From the NCBI GenBank assembly GCA_014729085.1, contig WJKM01000004.1, forward strand, positions 68,345 to 132,344: a stretch of 64,000 nucleotides of DNA. The letters are read 5' to 3'. Positions 40,398 to 49,996 of the stretch are shown piece after piece (the stretch's first letter is position 1; each line of letters begins with the position of its first letter). The DNA comes from Candidatus Dojkabacteria bacterium (GTDB lineage Bacteria; Patescibacteriota; Dojkabacteria; B142; WJKM01). A model generated the notes under the pieces. That model searched no databases. It worked only from the letters and a program-made list of their open reading frames with translations, and had not been told where the DNA came from. A program made the translations under genes and the position numbers.

Positions 40398-41480
40398 TTA
40401 AGTTAAACCAGGAAAAGTTCCACCCGGCACATAAAACGATTTTAAGATATTAGCTCTGCTCAACTCCTCTGGAATAGAATCAGCTCCTATATCTCCGTTT
40501 GGAAATGATATTTCATAAAACTTTTCATTTAAGTTAAAACCTTCTTCGTCAACGCCTTCACTCGTCATATCCATGTCAATAAATTCGGTATCTGGAGCAT
40601 TCATAACGTTCTCTGTATACTGTTTTCTATTCATGATACTGATTGTAAACAATGGTATTCCTTCTGTTCCACAAATTGAATTCTCCATTGCATCATCGGT
40701 TTTGTAGCAATAATCATAAGAGTCAAGTGCCCAATCAACTTCATCATGTTTTTCAATAATCTTATCTTTATTATTGCCGACTTTAAAAGTAAAACTGTAT
40801 TTCTCGTTCATAAATATATCTTGCTCTTGATCATCGCCTGCGCCTACTTCAGCGTTATTTATCTCAGAAGTAGGTTTCTCAGCCTTTTCAGTGAAAGCTT
40901 TTTGATCTATAGAAACTATAGTACCATCCAACTCAGCGGCATGGAGCCATATACCGTATTCATAGTATTTCGTACCTCCACCTAGTATAGATTCATCGAT
41001 TGTAGTTGTAGCTGAGGGAGCAGTTCCTAATATTCGGTCCAAATCCTCTCTAGTCTCAACATCATAGAAATCCTTAGGTTCAAGGTTAAGACTGTAAACT
41101 TCAACACCATCTACATCATCAAAATAATAATGTTTTCTGCCTATAAATTCACCATCATTAAACGTAAAGATCTCGTCTATATCAACGTATTTCCATACCT
41201 CTATTCGCGTTTGTTCTTCAAATTCATTGTCAATAGTGATATTATATGAATCCGGTAGACCAAATTCATCTATAAATTTTTTCTGATCTTTAGAGTAAAT
41301 ATTTGATACTGTACCTATTTGACCGAGATCTCCAAAATCAAAATTTGGAAATACAAAAATTATGGCAAAACATATACATAAACAAAACACAGAAAAAGCA
41401 GCAAATAATAAAATAATGCCTTTCTTTTTCTTGGAGTCTTTGTCTAAGGGAGTAGGGGACTGAGAGTTTGTGTCCATCAA
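40398..41480 (-). CDS. Membrane-anchored acidic hypothetical protein
   Basis: Basic stretch and Cys-containing TM helix, then an acidic extracellular region. Confidence 0.7.
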   Translation of the reverse strand: MMDTNSQSPTPLDKDSKKKKGIILLFAAFSVFCLCICFAIIFVFPNFDFGDLGQIGTVSNIYSKDQKKFIDEFGLPDSYNITIDNEFEEQTRIEVWKYVDIDEIFTFNDGEFIGRKHYYFDDVDGVEVYSLNLEPKDFYDVETREDLDRILGTAPSATTTIDESILGGGTKYYEYGIWLHAAELDGTIVSIDQKAFTEKAEKPTSEINNAEVGAGDDQEQDIFMNEKYSFTFKVGNNKDKIIEKHDEVDWALDSYDYCYKTDDAMENSICGTEGIPLFTISIMNRKQYTENVMNAPDTEFIDMDMTSEGVDEEGFNLNEKFYEISFPNGDIGADSIPEELSRANILKSFYVPGGTFPGLT

Positions 41481-41575
41481 AAATTTCTAAAAATTATTAC
41501 TTTTATAGATTAACACAAAACAATTTTGAAATTAAATTTGGCATATCTCTTAATTTTATTAAAGTTCTAAGCTTC

Positions 41576-42511
41576 TTATGGCTGAAGAATATCGTTGCTT
41601 TCATTGTTAATTGAGATGATTACTTGATTTACGGTCGGGAACTGTTTTAAGGTCTGTGAAATTTGTGAGCGAATACTTTCAACCCTGCAGGATCCACCTA
41701 CCTGGTAATCAAGCTTCTCGTTAAAATCAGCATATGCAATATCATTCTCGATTCTAAGGCTCTGCAAGACAACGCCTTCAGGAATTGATGTACTATATCC
41801 ATCATCTACTTCATCTTGTTCTGGGCCTTTCAACAATTCGTTTATAGCAGCTTTACCCATAGCTTCCGTCTTCTTTATCTCTCTTTTCACTGGATAGACT
41901 TTTGAACAATCCAACATGTTTGGATCATTTTTTGTATTATAAAAAAATACTTCTATAATTGAGTTTTCTTGGGGAACGATGGTAAGGGGAATTTCAATTT
42001 TATCATCAAGTTCTCTTTTATCACTAACATTTGATTTATAGAGAGTCATTACGACTTTTTGTTTTGTTTTAAATGTACAGTCAATAGTTGCTTCAAAATC
42101 TACAAACTCATCAGTCATCCATTCCTCATCTGTGTGTGCAGATACTCTCATTAATTCATTACCTTGTTGATCATTTATACCAACTGGAAAACTAGCTTCA
42201 AAAAACCAATAACCAGGAATTTCTCCTTTTACCTCGAACGGGCAACTTACGGAATCATTTGAAAAAGGTGTAATTAGTTTATAAGGAGTTCCTTTTTCTG
42301 AAGTATCCAAGGAATCATCAACTGTAGGAATTGCAGTTGATTGATCTATATAATCGGTTGGAGACACAGCATTATCCAAATCATTGGAGTTCGTTTGGTT
42401 TTTCCTATTGCTATTTTGAAAAGCTAAATAAGCAATAAGAGAAATAGCTGGGATTATTACAATAACTAATAATAGAATAATTGGTAGTTTGTTTTTATTT
42501 TTCATATTCAA
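41576..42511 (-). CDS. Gmad2 Ig-like plus GerMN domain protein
   Basis: G.WFFEASFPV and WMT..FV.F (Gmad2). ELLKGP, S.IP.G and GGSCRV..IRSQI..TLKQF.TV..V.ISI (GerMN). Confidence 0.9.
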   Translation of the reverse strand: MNMKNKNKLPIILLLVIVIIPAISLIAYLAFQNSNRKNQTNSNDLDNAVSPTDYIDQSTAIPTVDDSLDTSEKGTPYKLITPFSNDSVSCPFEVKGEIPGYWFFEASFPVGINDQQGNELMRVSAHTDEEWMTDEFVDFEATIDCTFKTKQKVVMTLYKSNVSDKRELDDKIEIPLTIVPQENSIIEVFFYNTKNDPNMLDCSKVYPVKREIKKTEAMGKAAINELLKGPEQDEVDDGYSTSIPEGVVLQSLRIENDIAYADFNEKLDYQVGGSCRVESIRSQISQTLKQFPTVNQVIISINNESNDILQP

Positions 42512-42705
42512 ATTGATTAAAGAATTAAAATAACATACCTATTTCATTATATAATATATATTCCAGATACCTTAATTCATTCTTCATGAGTTTCCCTAAT
42601 TTAATAAGTGATTATTTTCCGCCAATATAAGTAATCGACTCAATAGCTAATTTGAGTTCATTTGATGTGGATTCTCAAACTTCGACATTAATAAAACCCT
42701 TTAAT

Positions 42706-42876
42706 ACAAATTCAGTATCAATTTAACTAATGGTTTTGCTGCACTTCGTTTACAAAGCCAAGACTATCACCTGCCTACCAAAGTACTTTGTACGGCGGGC
42801 AGGTTGTCGATCTGGTTTCCGGTTCTCGCCTTTCAATTCATACCAAAAATAAAAAATTCCACCTTTCGGTGGATTT
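42706..42876. repeat. Module A, degenerate copy (tRNA-Gly downstream repeat)
   Basis: ACAAATTCAGTATCAATT and TTGTCGATCTGGTTTCCGGTTCTCGCCTTTCAATTCATACCAAAAATAAAAAATTCCACCTTTCGGTGGATTT match 46859-47040 and 49997-50174. Confidence 0.85.
42770..42803. repeat. 34 bp GC-rich palindromic (REP-like) element inserted in module A
   Basis: CCTGCCTACC-AAAGTACTTTGTAC-GGCGGGCAGG lies at CA|TTGTCGA, which is uninterrupted in the other two copies. Confidence 0.7.
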
Positions 42877-42934
42877 AATTAGAGGAAGCGACCTGCCTTC
42901 TCCTTCGCAAGTTCAGGATTGTTTTCAATAACAG

Positions 42935-42964
42935 TGGAGCCAAGTACTGGGCAAAGTCCGAACT
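42935..42964. repeat. Module C copy 1 (att-like 30 bp)
   Basis: TGGAGCCAAGTACTGGGCAAAGTCCGAACT; 26/30 identical to 46147-46176. Confidence 0.85.
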
Positions 42965-42986
42965 GAGTATTTAAATAAAAATACGC

Positions 42987-44744
42987 TTATGTAACGTTTT
43001 TCCAGTCCTTTGTTACATTTTCAAAATTAACATCTTTCCATTGTTTTTTCCAGATGTCTAAATAATCAATGTCCGGTGATTTTGGTTCTTGGTTGGGCAT
43101 GTGAATTTTAACCAATGAAGGCAAAATGATAGATTCCCCTATCAAAAGTGCTTCCCCAGCTTTCAATGTTGGCAAATAATTGGTTAAATCACCCAATGTA
43201 TCCGGAAGCAATTTCCTAACATAGTTTTGATCATCTGGATTTGTCAGTCTCATGGCAATAAAGTTATTGCATTGAGAAAAAATTGTTTCAGAAATTTCAG
43301 CTGGTCTTTGACTGACTATTCCAAGTGTAATTCCATATTTTCTACCTTCTTTTGCAATTCTTTCAATAGCTGTCCTTGAAGCCCTATACTTTGTTAAACC
43401 ACTTCTTGGAACATATTTGTGAGCTTCTTCAAAGATTAAAAGTAGTGGTGTATCACATTCAGATGAACCATCTAACATTTTTTTGTAATAGTATCCGTAT
43501 TCAAACAGTATTCTTGAAATAAGTGAAACAGTAACACTAAGAACTTCAAAGGGAATTCCAGAAAGATCAAATATTGTTACATTTGCCTTGCTTTTGGTAT
43601 AGCCTATGAATTGTTTTAACACGTCTTCAAGTGTAAGTGAGTCTGCATTTTCAAATAAAAACCTGAGTCTGGGATTATTCCTTGTTATATCAAGTCTTAA
43701 AATAAACCTTTCAAAATGACCCTTGAATGGTCCAGGACCAGCTTTTGTCGCCTTTGTTCTTGACTGTTCACAGAAATCAATATCATCTGTGAAGTATTTA
43801 GGAATTCTATCCGGAATCAATTCTCCACTAATTGATTTGGGTACGTTTTCACCTTCTAACTTCCCGATGACCTCATTATTCACATTTTTTATATATCTTA
43901 TTACTTCATCAATATTAAATCTAAAAGGGGAATCAAAGTAAATATTCTTAGAATCAATATCTGGATTTGTATGTTTTTTGTTTTCTGTAACAGCATATCT
44001 GAACTGTGAAACTTGATTATGTGAATTATCTTCGTTACTTTCAATAAAAAGATCCCCAAGCTCATCACTATCAAAAAGCCAATAGGGAATCTTTATATTT
44101 GAAGAATCAATGATGTTAGCATCAGGGAATGCTTCCCTATATTCTCCGCCTATATCAAAAATCACTATATGAGAATTGTTCAAATCATCATAACTACCAT
44201 TTTTTTCTTGTATTGCCTTTTGAATTATGGAAGCAACTGAATGTGACTTTCCAGATCCAGTTGACCCAACAATTGCAAAATGCTTGTTGAATAGTTTATT
44301 ACCATTCACTGGTACTGCAATAGCATTATTTTGTGCAAGGTCTGAAAACACAAACTTTTCTGAATCTTTCAATTTACATGAATATATCTTGTTAAAATCT
44401 TCATCTGATAATAGTTCTATTCCATTGTTAGGTGGAAGCGGTATCCCATGTGCACCACGTTCAAACTCAACTTTACCTTCTGACAATACCCTATATGATC
44501 CAATCAGTTCAACTTCAATAATAAATTGATTTTCACCCGCAGGCGTATCAGGATCTGTTGAATCTAAGTTTTTAATTTTGTAGTTCTTGATCACACCTAT
44601 AATGAAGTCACTTGAATCACTTTGGAAGGGAATTTTTATATAACTTCCAATATTAAAGTGATTATCAAATTGCTTTGAATCAAGGATTTCAATTGATACT
44701 ATATCCCTTGTTACACCTATTATCTTGAAATTTTCTGGGTCCAT
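42987..44744 (-). CDS. herA: HerA/FtsK-like ATPase of a DUF4297-HerA anti-phage system
   Basis: KHFAIVGSTGSGKS, IFEEAHKY, ERIAKEGRKYG, SQRP, SQCNNF and RLTNPDDQ motifs. Confidence 0.92.
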   Translation of the reverse strand: MDPENFKIIGVTRDIVSIEILDSKQFDNHFNIGSYIKIPFQSDSSDFIIGVIKNYKIKNLDSTDPDTPAGENQFIIEVELIGSYRVLSEGKVEFERGAHGIPLPPNNGIELLSDEDFNKIYSCKLKDSEKFVFSDLAQNNAIAVPVNGNKLFNKHFAIVGSTGSGKSHSVASIIQKAIQEKNGSYDDLNNSHIVIFDIGGEYREAFPDANIIDSSNIKIPYWLFDSDELGDLFIESNEDNSHNQVSQFRYAVTENKKHTNPDIDSKNIYFDSPFRFNIDEVIRYIKNVNNEVIGKLEGENVPKSISGELIPDRIPKYFTDDIDFCEQSRTKATKAGPGPFKGHFERFILRLDITRNNPRLRFLFENADSLTLEDVLKQFIGYTKSKANVTIFDLSGIPFEVLSVTVSLISRILFEYGYYYKKMLDGSSECDTPLLLIFEEAHKYVPRSGLTKYRASRTAIERIAKEGRKYGITLGIVSQRPAEISETIFSQCNNFIAMRLTNPDDQNYVRKLLPDTLGDLTNYLPTLKAGEALLIGESIILPSLVKIHMPNQEPKSPDIDYLDIWKKQWKDVNFENVTKDWKNVT

Positions 44745-44753
44745 TTCGTTAAC

Positions 44754-45938
44754 TTAAAATTTAATTGCTTCATAAATTTGCTTAGTTGACAATCCTTCTA
44801 CACAAACTGATGGCAGTGATTCAAAACGCTCTGGAATGTTATGATCAAATGCATATATCATCTGTGGGGTATTTTGATAGTCAACTATACTATCGAAAGT
44901 AGATTCAGAAATTAGTCTCATTTCAAAAGAAATTCTTTCTAACGTTTCTGTAGCACGTCCATTACTTAAAGTTTTCTTTTCTTTTAGTGGTTTTTCAAAA
45001 AAGATGGAAGAATTGAAACTAATATTTTCATAGCCATCATTAAAATTTACATCATATCCAACTATCACTTTCTTTGCTTCTTCAACATGATCATCTGGTA
45101 CTACAAAGGTAATTGGATTTATGTCAATCTGTGGTTTCTTCCCTTTATAGTCTTCTACTACAGCTAATATAAGTTTCCCCATGTTATATGACGGATCATG
45201 TTTTACTTTTCCCAACATTACTAAATTTTCTTCTTTCCGTATGATTTTGCTAAACTTCTTTTTAATAAATGCCAAATACTTTTCTTCTCCTTTGAATTCT
45301 AGAAATGCTGAGTTAAAAATAATATTTTTACCAGATTTGACGTAATCCATTAGTTCCTTCCTATTTATTACCCGGTCTTCTGGATTTATTGTTTTTGTTA
45401 TTTTTTTTCTAATATAGTCAACTATATTAGAATAATAAAAGATTGCTTCATCAGTATTTGATGCTAAACCGAGTTCTTCATCCTGAAGCTTCCTAATTAC
45501 TTGTTGAAACTGCTGTTGGAAATCCGGTGCAAAATCTAAGACAAACTTCTTTATAAAGTCATTCTTTATTTTTTTACTGAACTGATCTTTCTTATTTCCA
45601 AGAATTTTGTTCAGGTTTTTTAATGAAAGGTGCCTGTCCTCACCTACAAACTTTTCATATCTTTTATATGAAGCAAATGAGGCATAAAGAAAGTAGTTCT
45701 TTTCATTATCATCCCGAAAATTATTCAGTAGATTGATTACAGGGGTTTTGATTTTTGAGGGCGTAAACGCTTGAGTTTCTTGGTATTTTACCTGAATCAC
45801 AAAATTTTTCGATGATATATCTTCAATAATTTCAACCCCAATAGGGTCTGTTTCATTAGTAGATTCAAGAATTTCAAATACAGTTTTGTCTATTTGATAT
45901 TCAAATCCTTTGATTGCATAATATCCACCATCGGTCAC
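44754..45938 (-). CDS. DUF4297-like PD-(D/E)XK nuclease, partner of HerA
   Basis: AIKGFEYQIDKT...E.IEDI...IQVKY N-terminal nuclease motif, directly upstream of herA in one operon. Confidence 0.8.
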   Translation of the reverse strand: MTDGGYYAIKGFEYQIDKTVFEILESTNETDPIGVEIIEDISSKNFVIQVKYQETQAFTPSKIKTPVINLLNNFRDDNEKNYFLYASFASYKRYEKFVGEDRHLSLKNLNKILGNKKDQFSKKIKNDFIKKFVLDFAPDFQQQFQQVIRKLQDEELGLASNTDEAIFYYSNIVDYIRKKITKTINPEDRVINRKELMDYVKSGKNIIFNSAFLEFKGEEKYLAFIKKKFSKIIRKEENLVMLGKVKHDPSYNMGKLILAVVEDYKGKKPQIDINPITFVVPDDHVEEAKKVIVGYDVNFNDGYENISFNSSIFFEKPLKEKKTLSNGRATETLERISFEMRLISESTFDSIVDYQNTPQMIYAFDHNIPERFESLPSVCVEGLSTKQIYEAIKF

Positions 45939-46008
45939 GAGTAAGTTCTAAGAATTATGATAAGTAATTATCTCAAAGAATTATTCCAACTTACAAATAA
46001 TATTTGAT

Positions 46009-46146
46009 TTGGTTCGAACCAGCCAAAATCACTATCATTACTGGTAGGATGGAAGGTAATCACGGTAGGGGGTATCAAAAATTCGGTTTTAGCTCGAACC
46101 AATATGAATTATATTTGAAAAGGGTTTCGGGGTTTTTATGAGAAAT
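46009..46146. repeat. Module B copy 1 (138 bp cassette leader upstream of DUF4297)
   Basis: Highly similar to 49859-49996: GAACCAGCCA.AATCACTATCATTACTGG.AGGA, AAGGTAATCACGGTAGGGGGTAT, AATATGAATTATATTTGAA, GTTTTTATGAGAAAT. Confidence 0.9.
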
Positions 46147-46176
46147 TGGAGCACCCTACTGGGCAAAGTCCGAACT
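46147..46176. repeat. Module C copy 2
   Basis: TGGAGCACCCTACTGGGCAAAGTCCGAACT. Confidence 0.85.
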
Positions 46177-46262
46177 AGATTTTTGGAAATTCACTTTAAT
46201 TCTTTTGTTATAATATTATTAATCACTTTAGTTAACTATTATAATAAATAAACTACTTAATT

Positions 46263-46796
46263 ATGGTACCTACTGTTATTTTTAGTATAATAATATGTTT
46301 TTCGTTATACATATTTATATTCTCCTTACTTTCAAAAATAATATTAATTATTCTCAAACGTGTATTTCAATTATCACCAAAAATAAAAAAAATAATCTCA
46401 ATAATTGATATTATTTTAATTATAATTCTTATTCTGTGTATTCCGGCTATATTTATTTCTATTTTTATGGGTGGATGCTACACATCCTCACTAAAAACTG
46501 ATCAGATTTGTATTAATGAACCTGATAGTTATGGATGCTGGATTTGTGATAACGATGGAAATTATAACTATCAAAAAAATTCAGGTAGTGATATCAAAGG
46601 AACAGATCTTTGTGAGTTGTGTAATAAGGATGAAAACACGGGAATAAAAATTCAGACTGAAATTGCAAATATAACAGGCACAGAACTAACTTGTAATCGA
46701 ATAGTAGGTTCAAAAAATACGAATGATGGCATAGGGGTAGAACAAACTGAAAAAACAATTAAATGCATTTTGATAAAGGGAGAGAAAAATTGTTGA
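46263..46796 (+). CDS. Hypothetical membrane protein with Cys-rich extracellular domain
   Basis: Two TM helices, then multiple Cys (CWIC, CELC). Confidence 0.7.
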   Translation: MVPTVIFSIIICFSLYIFIFSLLSKIILIILKRVFQLSPKIKKIISIIDIILIIILILCIPAIFISIFMGGCYTSSLKTDQICINEPDSYGCWICDNDGNYNYQKNSGSDIKGTDLCELCNKDENTGIKIQTEIANITGTELTCNRIVGSKNTNDGIGVEQTEKTIKCILIKGEKNC

Positions 46797-46858
46797 AAAT
46801 TTCGAGCAAATGGTAAGGAGTGTTTTGAATCAGGTTAATTTTATTGGAATTAGAGGGT

Positions 46859-47040
46859 GAGCGATGGACCGGGCTCACGTGGATTTGTAGACAAATCCAG
46901 TATCAATTCAGGTAAGTTCACTTCCTCATTTCATTCGTCGTTCACTAACCCTTCATTGTCGATCCGGTTTCCGGTTCTCGCCTTTCAATTCATACCAAAA
47001 ATAAAAAATTCCACCTTTCGGTGGATTTTTATTTTTGGAG
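46859..47040. repeat. Module A full copy (tRNA-Gly 3' fragment, spacer, terminator hairpin)
   Basis: Near-identical to 49999-50179. Confidence 0.95.
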
Positions 47041-47155
47041 TCGTGCCTTCGCTAAAGCTTCGGCAGACTCTCGTACTTCAATCAATATTTCAGTACATTC
47101 AGTAATCGACTTGCTATACGAAACAAAATTGAATGTAATGAAATTTTGTGAAGTA

Positions 47156-47185
47156 TGGAGCTCTCTGATAGAGGAAGTTAGAACT
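47156..47185. repeat. Module C copy 3 (divergent)
   Basis: TGGAGCTCTCTGATAGAGGAAGTTAGAACT; same length and same TGGAGC...AAGT..GAACT frame. Confidence 0.6.
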
Positions 47186-47189
47186 AATG

Positions 47190-47870
47190 TTAGATTGATT
47201 CAGTAACTTTGTATATCCCAGTACGACTAAAATCAGGACTAGGATTTAGTATCCATTTACCAAAAGAGACTTTATCTTTATCTGGACAATAATGCTCAAC
47301 ACCAATAGACAGTTCTTTGTCATCATCCACGCTAAGTAGCCAATACGATTTAAATCGATCATTCTTACTTTGGCAATCCACTTGAGGAATCAGGAGATCT
47401 TTATCAATCAGCCAGCCATCAATAAACAGTAAAAGATTCCTATTAAATGGAGAAACTTCTTTATCAATTTTATGACTCAAGGCCTTCTTAACTCCTTTCT
47501 CAAGATCAAGACCATAAAATTTCTTACTATTTTTGTTCTGGACAAAAGCAGATGTCTGCTCCAAAGCGTAAGCAAATCGGTCAATATAAACAAATCCATC
47601 ATCCAACTCTGTAAATCCCTGTTTTCCTTCTTGAAAACCAAATCTCACATCCTTATTATTTAAATTATTCTGTAGGATAACAAAAACGGAGAACACTCCA
47701 AGCATTTCATATAAAGAAAGATTAAAAGGATCAAGCTTTGAAGAATTGTATAAAGATTCAATCTTATTAAAATGATCTTTTAATGAATTAATAAGGGGAG
47801 AATACTGTTTCAAAGTTTTAAATGACCCATATGGGGGACTTTTAATAAATTTCGCCGAATATCCATTCAT
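47190..47870 (-). CDS. Hypothetical protein, possibly restriction-endonuclease-like fold
   Basis: 226 aa ORF. E..G...DDGFV..ALEQT weakly resembles PD-(D/E)XK. Confidence 0.5.
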   Translation of the reverse strand: MNGYSAKFIKSPPYGSFKTLKQYSPLINSLKDHFNKIESLYNSSKLDPFNLSLYEMLGVFSVFVILQNNLNNKDVRFGFQEGKQGFTELDDGFVYIDRFAYALEQTSAFVQNKNSKKFYGLDLEKGVKKALSHKIDKEVSPFNRNLLLFIDGWLIDKDLLIPQVDCQSKNDRFKSYWLLSVDDDKELSIGVEHYCPDKDKVSFGKWILNPSPDFSRTGIYKVTESI

Positions 47871-47887
47871 CCATTCCCTTTGAGATA

Positions 47888-48271
47888 TTAGTTTGGAGAG
47901 CTTCGCTCTCGTACAAATGATTCTATCATATCCTCGATCAGTTTCAGATGACTAAAAAATTTCTCACCCCAGAAGTCACAATCAACTTTCTTAGATACCT
48001 CACTCAATTTTTGTTTCAATTCACTTTCAAGAAACACCCCGGGTTTATAATTGTAAAGCCACAAACAAAACATGACCATCTCAACACTAAGTCTATACTC
48101 CTGGAAATAAAACATATGTATTGAATCAATGATAAAAATTTCAATAACCTCTGGTTCAAATTCTATCTCTTGATTTGGATCAGAAGATCCATGTTTAAAA
48201 TCATTATAATCCTGGTTAACAATATCCTTAAATCGTTTCACTGATGTATTACTTTTTCCATATCTCTTCAT
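47888..48271 (-). CDS. Hypothetical protein, possibly 5'-truncated
   Basis: 127 aa ORF with N.FKH motif. The frame stays open upstream without an ATG. Confidence 0.5.
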   Translation of the reverse strand: MKRYGKSNTSVKRFKDIVNQDYNDFKHGSSDPNQEIEFEPEVIEIFIIDSIHMFYFQEYRLSVEMVMFCLWLYNYKPGVFLESELKQKLSEVSKKVDCDFWGEKFFSHLKLIEDMIESFVRERSSPN

Positions 48272-48403
48272 GAAGTGTTCCTTATGATATTGTTTTAATA
48301 CATCCCTATTTAGATGTTCATCAGCTTTTTCAACAAAATATGATAAATGAATAAATAATATTACTGCTAATTACAATATTTAAAAGAAATTTTTATAAAA
48401 AAC

Positions 48404-49795
48404 CTATTTTTTAGTTTTCTTTGATTTTACTATCTTAATCATTTCCGTTATTGATTTTTTAAATTCGTTTTGCGAATATGTCTTATTGGCTGTATTTTCC
48501 GGGTGATGTATTGAGTGTCTTATATAAGTTGATAATGAAACTGATTCGTTACGTTTCTTTTTTTCGTTATACCAAGTTTTAGTTTTTGGTAGTTTTTTTA
48601 AGTCTGTCCTATACTTCCCTTCTATATACCCGTATAACTCATTATGAAATTCTACTGTAGGTATGTCAAACGCGTAATAATTCACTTCTCCCCAAGATGG
48701 GCTCCAAGGAAATAAATTTTCCTGTGTATCTTTGATATTCTTATACTTAATGATGCCCTTACTATCCTTTGAAAGTAAATATATTACTGTATTATCATCT
48801 TGAAGATGTTGCTTGAATAAATATGGAGAATGTGATGCCATAAAAATTTGCCCGTTTTGTTCTCCTTTTTGATCATTAAGTAGTTCTTTGAAATAATTGA
48901 GTAATTGAATTTGAGTTTGTGGATTTAAACTTTTTTCAGGTTCATCTATAGATACTATTACTCCTTCTGAAAATTCTTGATTCTGAAGAACTTGTATAGT
49001 CCTGTGTACCAAACTTTTTTCTCCTGAACTTAGATTTTCTAAACTTGAATCTTTCCCATTCTCTTCAAAATAAACTTGCCAACCATCTTTAGTTTCCCGA
49101 AGTTCTTTAAGATTCTTACCATAGGGAAGAATCTTTTCAAACGCTTTGCGTAATCTATTCCACCTTTTATCAATTACATCTTTAGGTATCTTCTTTTTAG
49201 GATGATCTATAATCCAGTTTCGAAGATCTTGATTATCGTGAAATTGTGTATTTATTAATAGTTGATGATTCCGAGCACCTAATTGACTATCATGGCTCAT
49301 AGCTGTAAAATTTTCTTTATCAAAAGAATCCTTTGTAATGCTAGAAACTTTCTTCAATCTATAATTAGGCTCTGCTCCAGAAAAAATGAATTTAAAATTC
49401 TGAACAAATTCTCCACTAATCCTTCCAAGATCAAGGTCAGTGTATTCATGAGAATTATCGTTGCTGAAAGAAATTTTTCTTCCCTCATTAGACATAATCA
49501 GCTTAATTGTTTTACCTTTAATTCCCTTATGAAACCATCCAACCGTTGTGATATTTTTCAAATTTTCGCTCTCATGCTTATTTAATTGGAATTCATACAT
49601 TCGTATTTCATCGCTAGCCGTAGGTATACCATTGTGCAAGAATCTGTCTATTATGTTTTCAAATAGATATGTCTTTCCAACACCATTATTGCCTATAAGG
49701 AGTACATTATCTGCAATTTTCCCATTAAAATTGAAATCAAGGTCCAGATCTCCAATAACGGGATTATTTTTAACTTCAATTTTTGAAATCTTCAT
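48404..49795 (-). CDS. ABC-type (AAA_15/AAA_21-like) ATPase with C-terminal HEPN-like domain; putative defence protein
   Basis: GNNGVGKT, LSSGEK, IDEPEKSL and ASHSP motifs. C-terminal YIRHSIHHPEN (Rx4H). Confidence 0.75.
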   Translation of the reverse strand: MKISKIEVKNNPVIGDLDLDFNFNGKIADNVLLIGNNGVGKTYLFENIIDRFLHNGIPTASDEIRMYEFQLNKHESENLKNITTVGWFHKGIKGKTIKLIMSNEGRKISFSNDNSHEYTDLDLGRISGEFVQNFKFIFSGAEPNYRLKKVSSITKDSFDKENFTAMSHDSQLGARNHQLLINTQFHDNQDLRNWIIDHPKKKIPKDVIDKRWNRLRKAFEKILPYGKNLKELRETKDGWQVYFEENGKDSSLENLSSGEKSLVHRTIQVLQNQEFSEGVIVSIDEPEKSLNPQTQIQLLNYFKELLNDQKGEQNGQIFMASHSPYLFKQHLQDDNTVIYLLSKDSKGIIKYKNIKDTQENLFPWSPSWGEVNYYAFDIPTVEFHNELYGYIEGKYRTDLKKLPKTKTWYNEKKKRNESVSLSTYIRHSIHHPENTANKTYSQNEFKKSITEMIKIVKSKKTKK

Positions 49796-49858
49796 TTTTT
49801 AAGTATTAAGAGTTGTTTTGATTATAACTTACCTATTTAGAGAAAAACAAAATTAAAC

Positions 49859-49996
49859 TTGGCTTGAACCAGCCAGAATCACTATCATTACTGGCAGGAC
49901 GAAAGGTAATCACGGTAGGGGGTATAGGAAATTCAAATCTGACTCGAACTAATATGAATTATATTTGAAGAGGGTTTCGGCGTTTTTATGAGAAAT
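49859..49996. repeat. Module B copy 2 (leader upstream of the ATPase-HEPN gene)
   Basis: Matches 46009-46146. Confidence 0.9.

Noticed and set aside
46857-47105. 82 aa ORF and its near-twin at 49988-50170
   Set aside because: Both are translations of non-coding module A, which includes the tRNA 3' fragment and terminator. Their starts and ends differ between copies.
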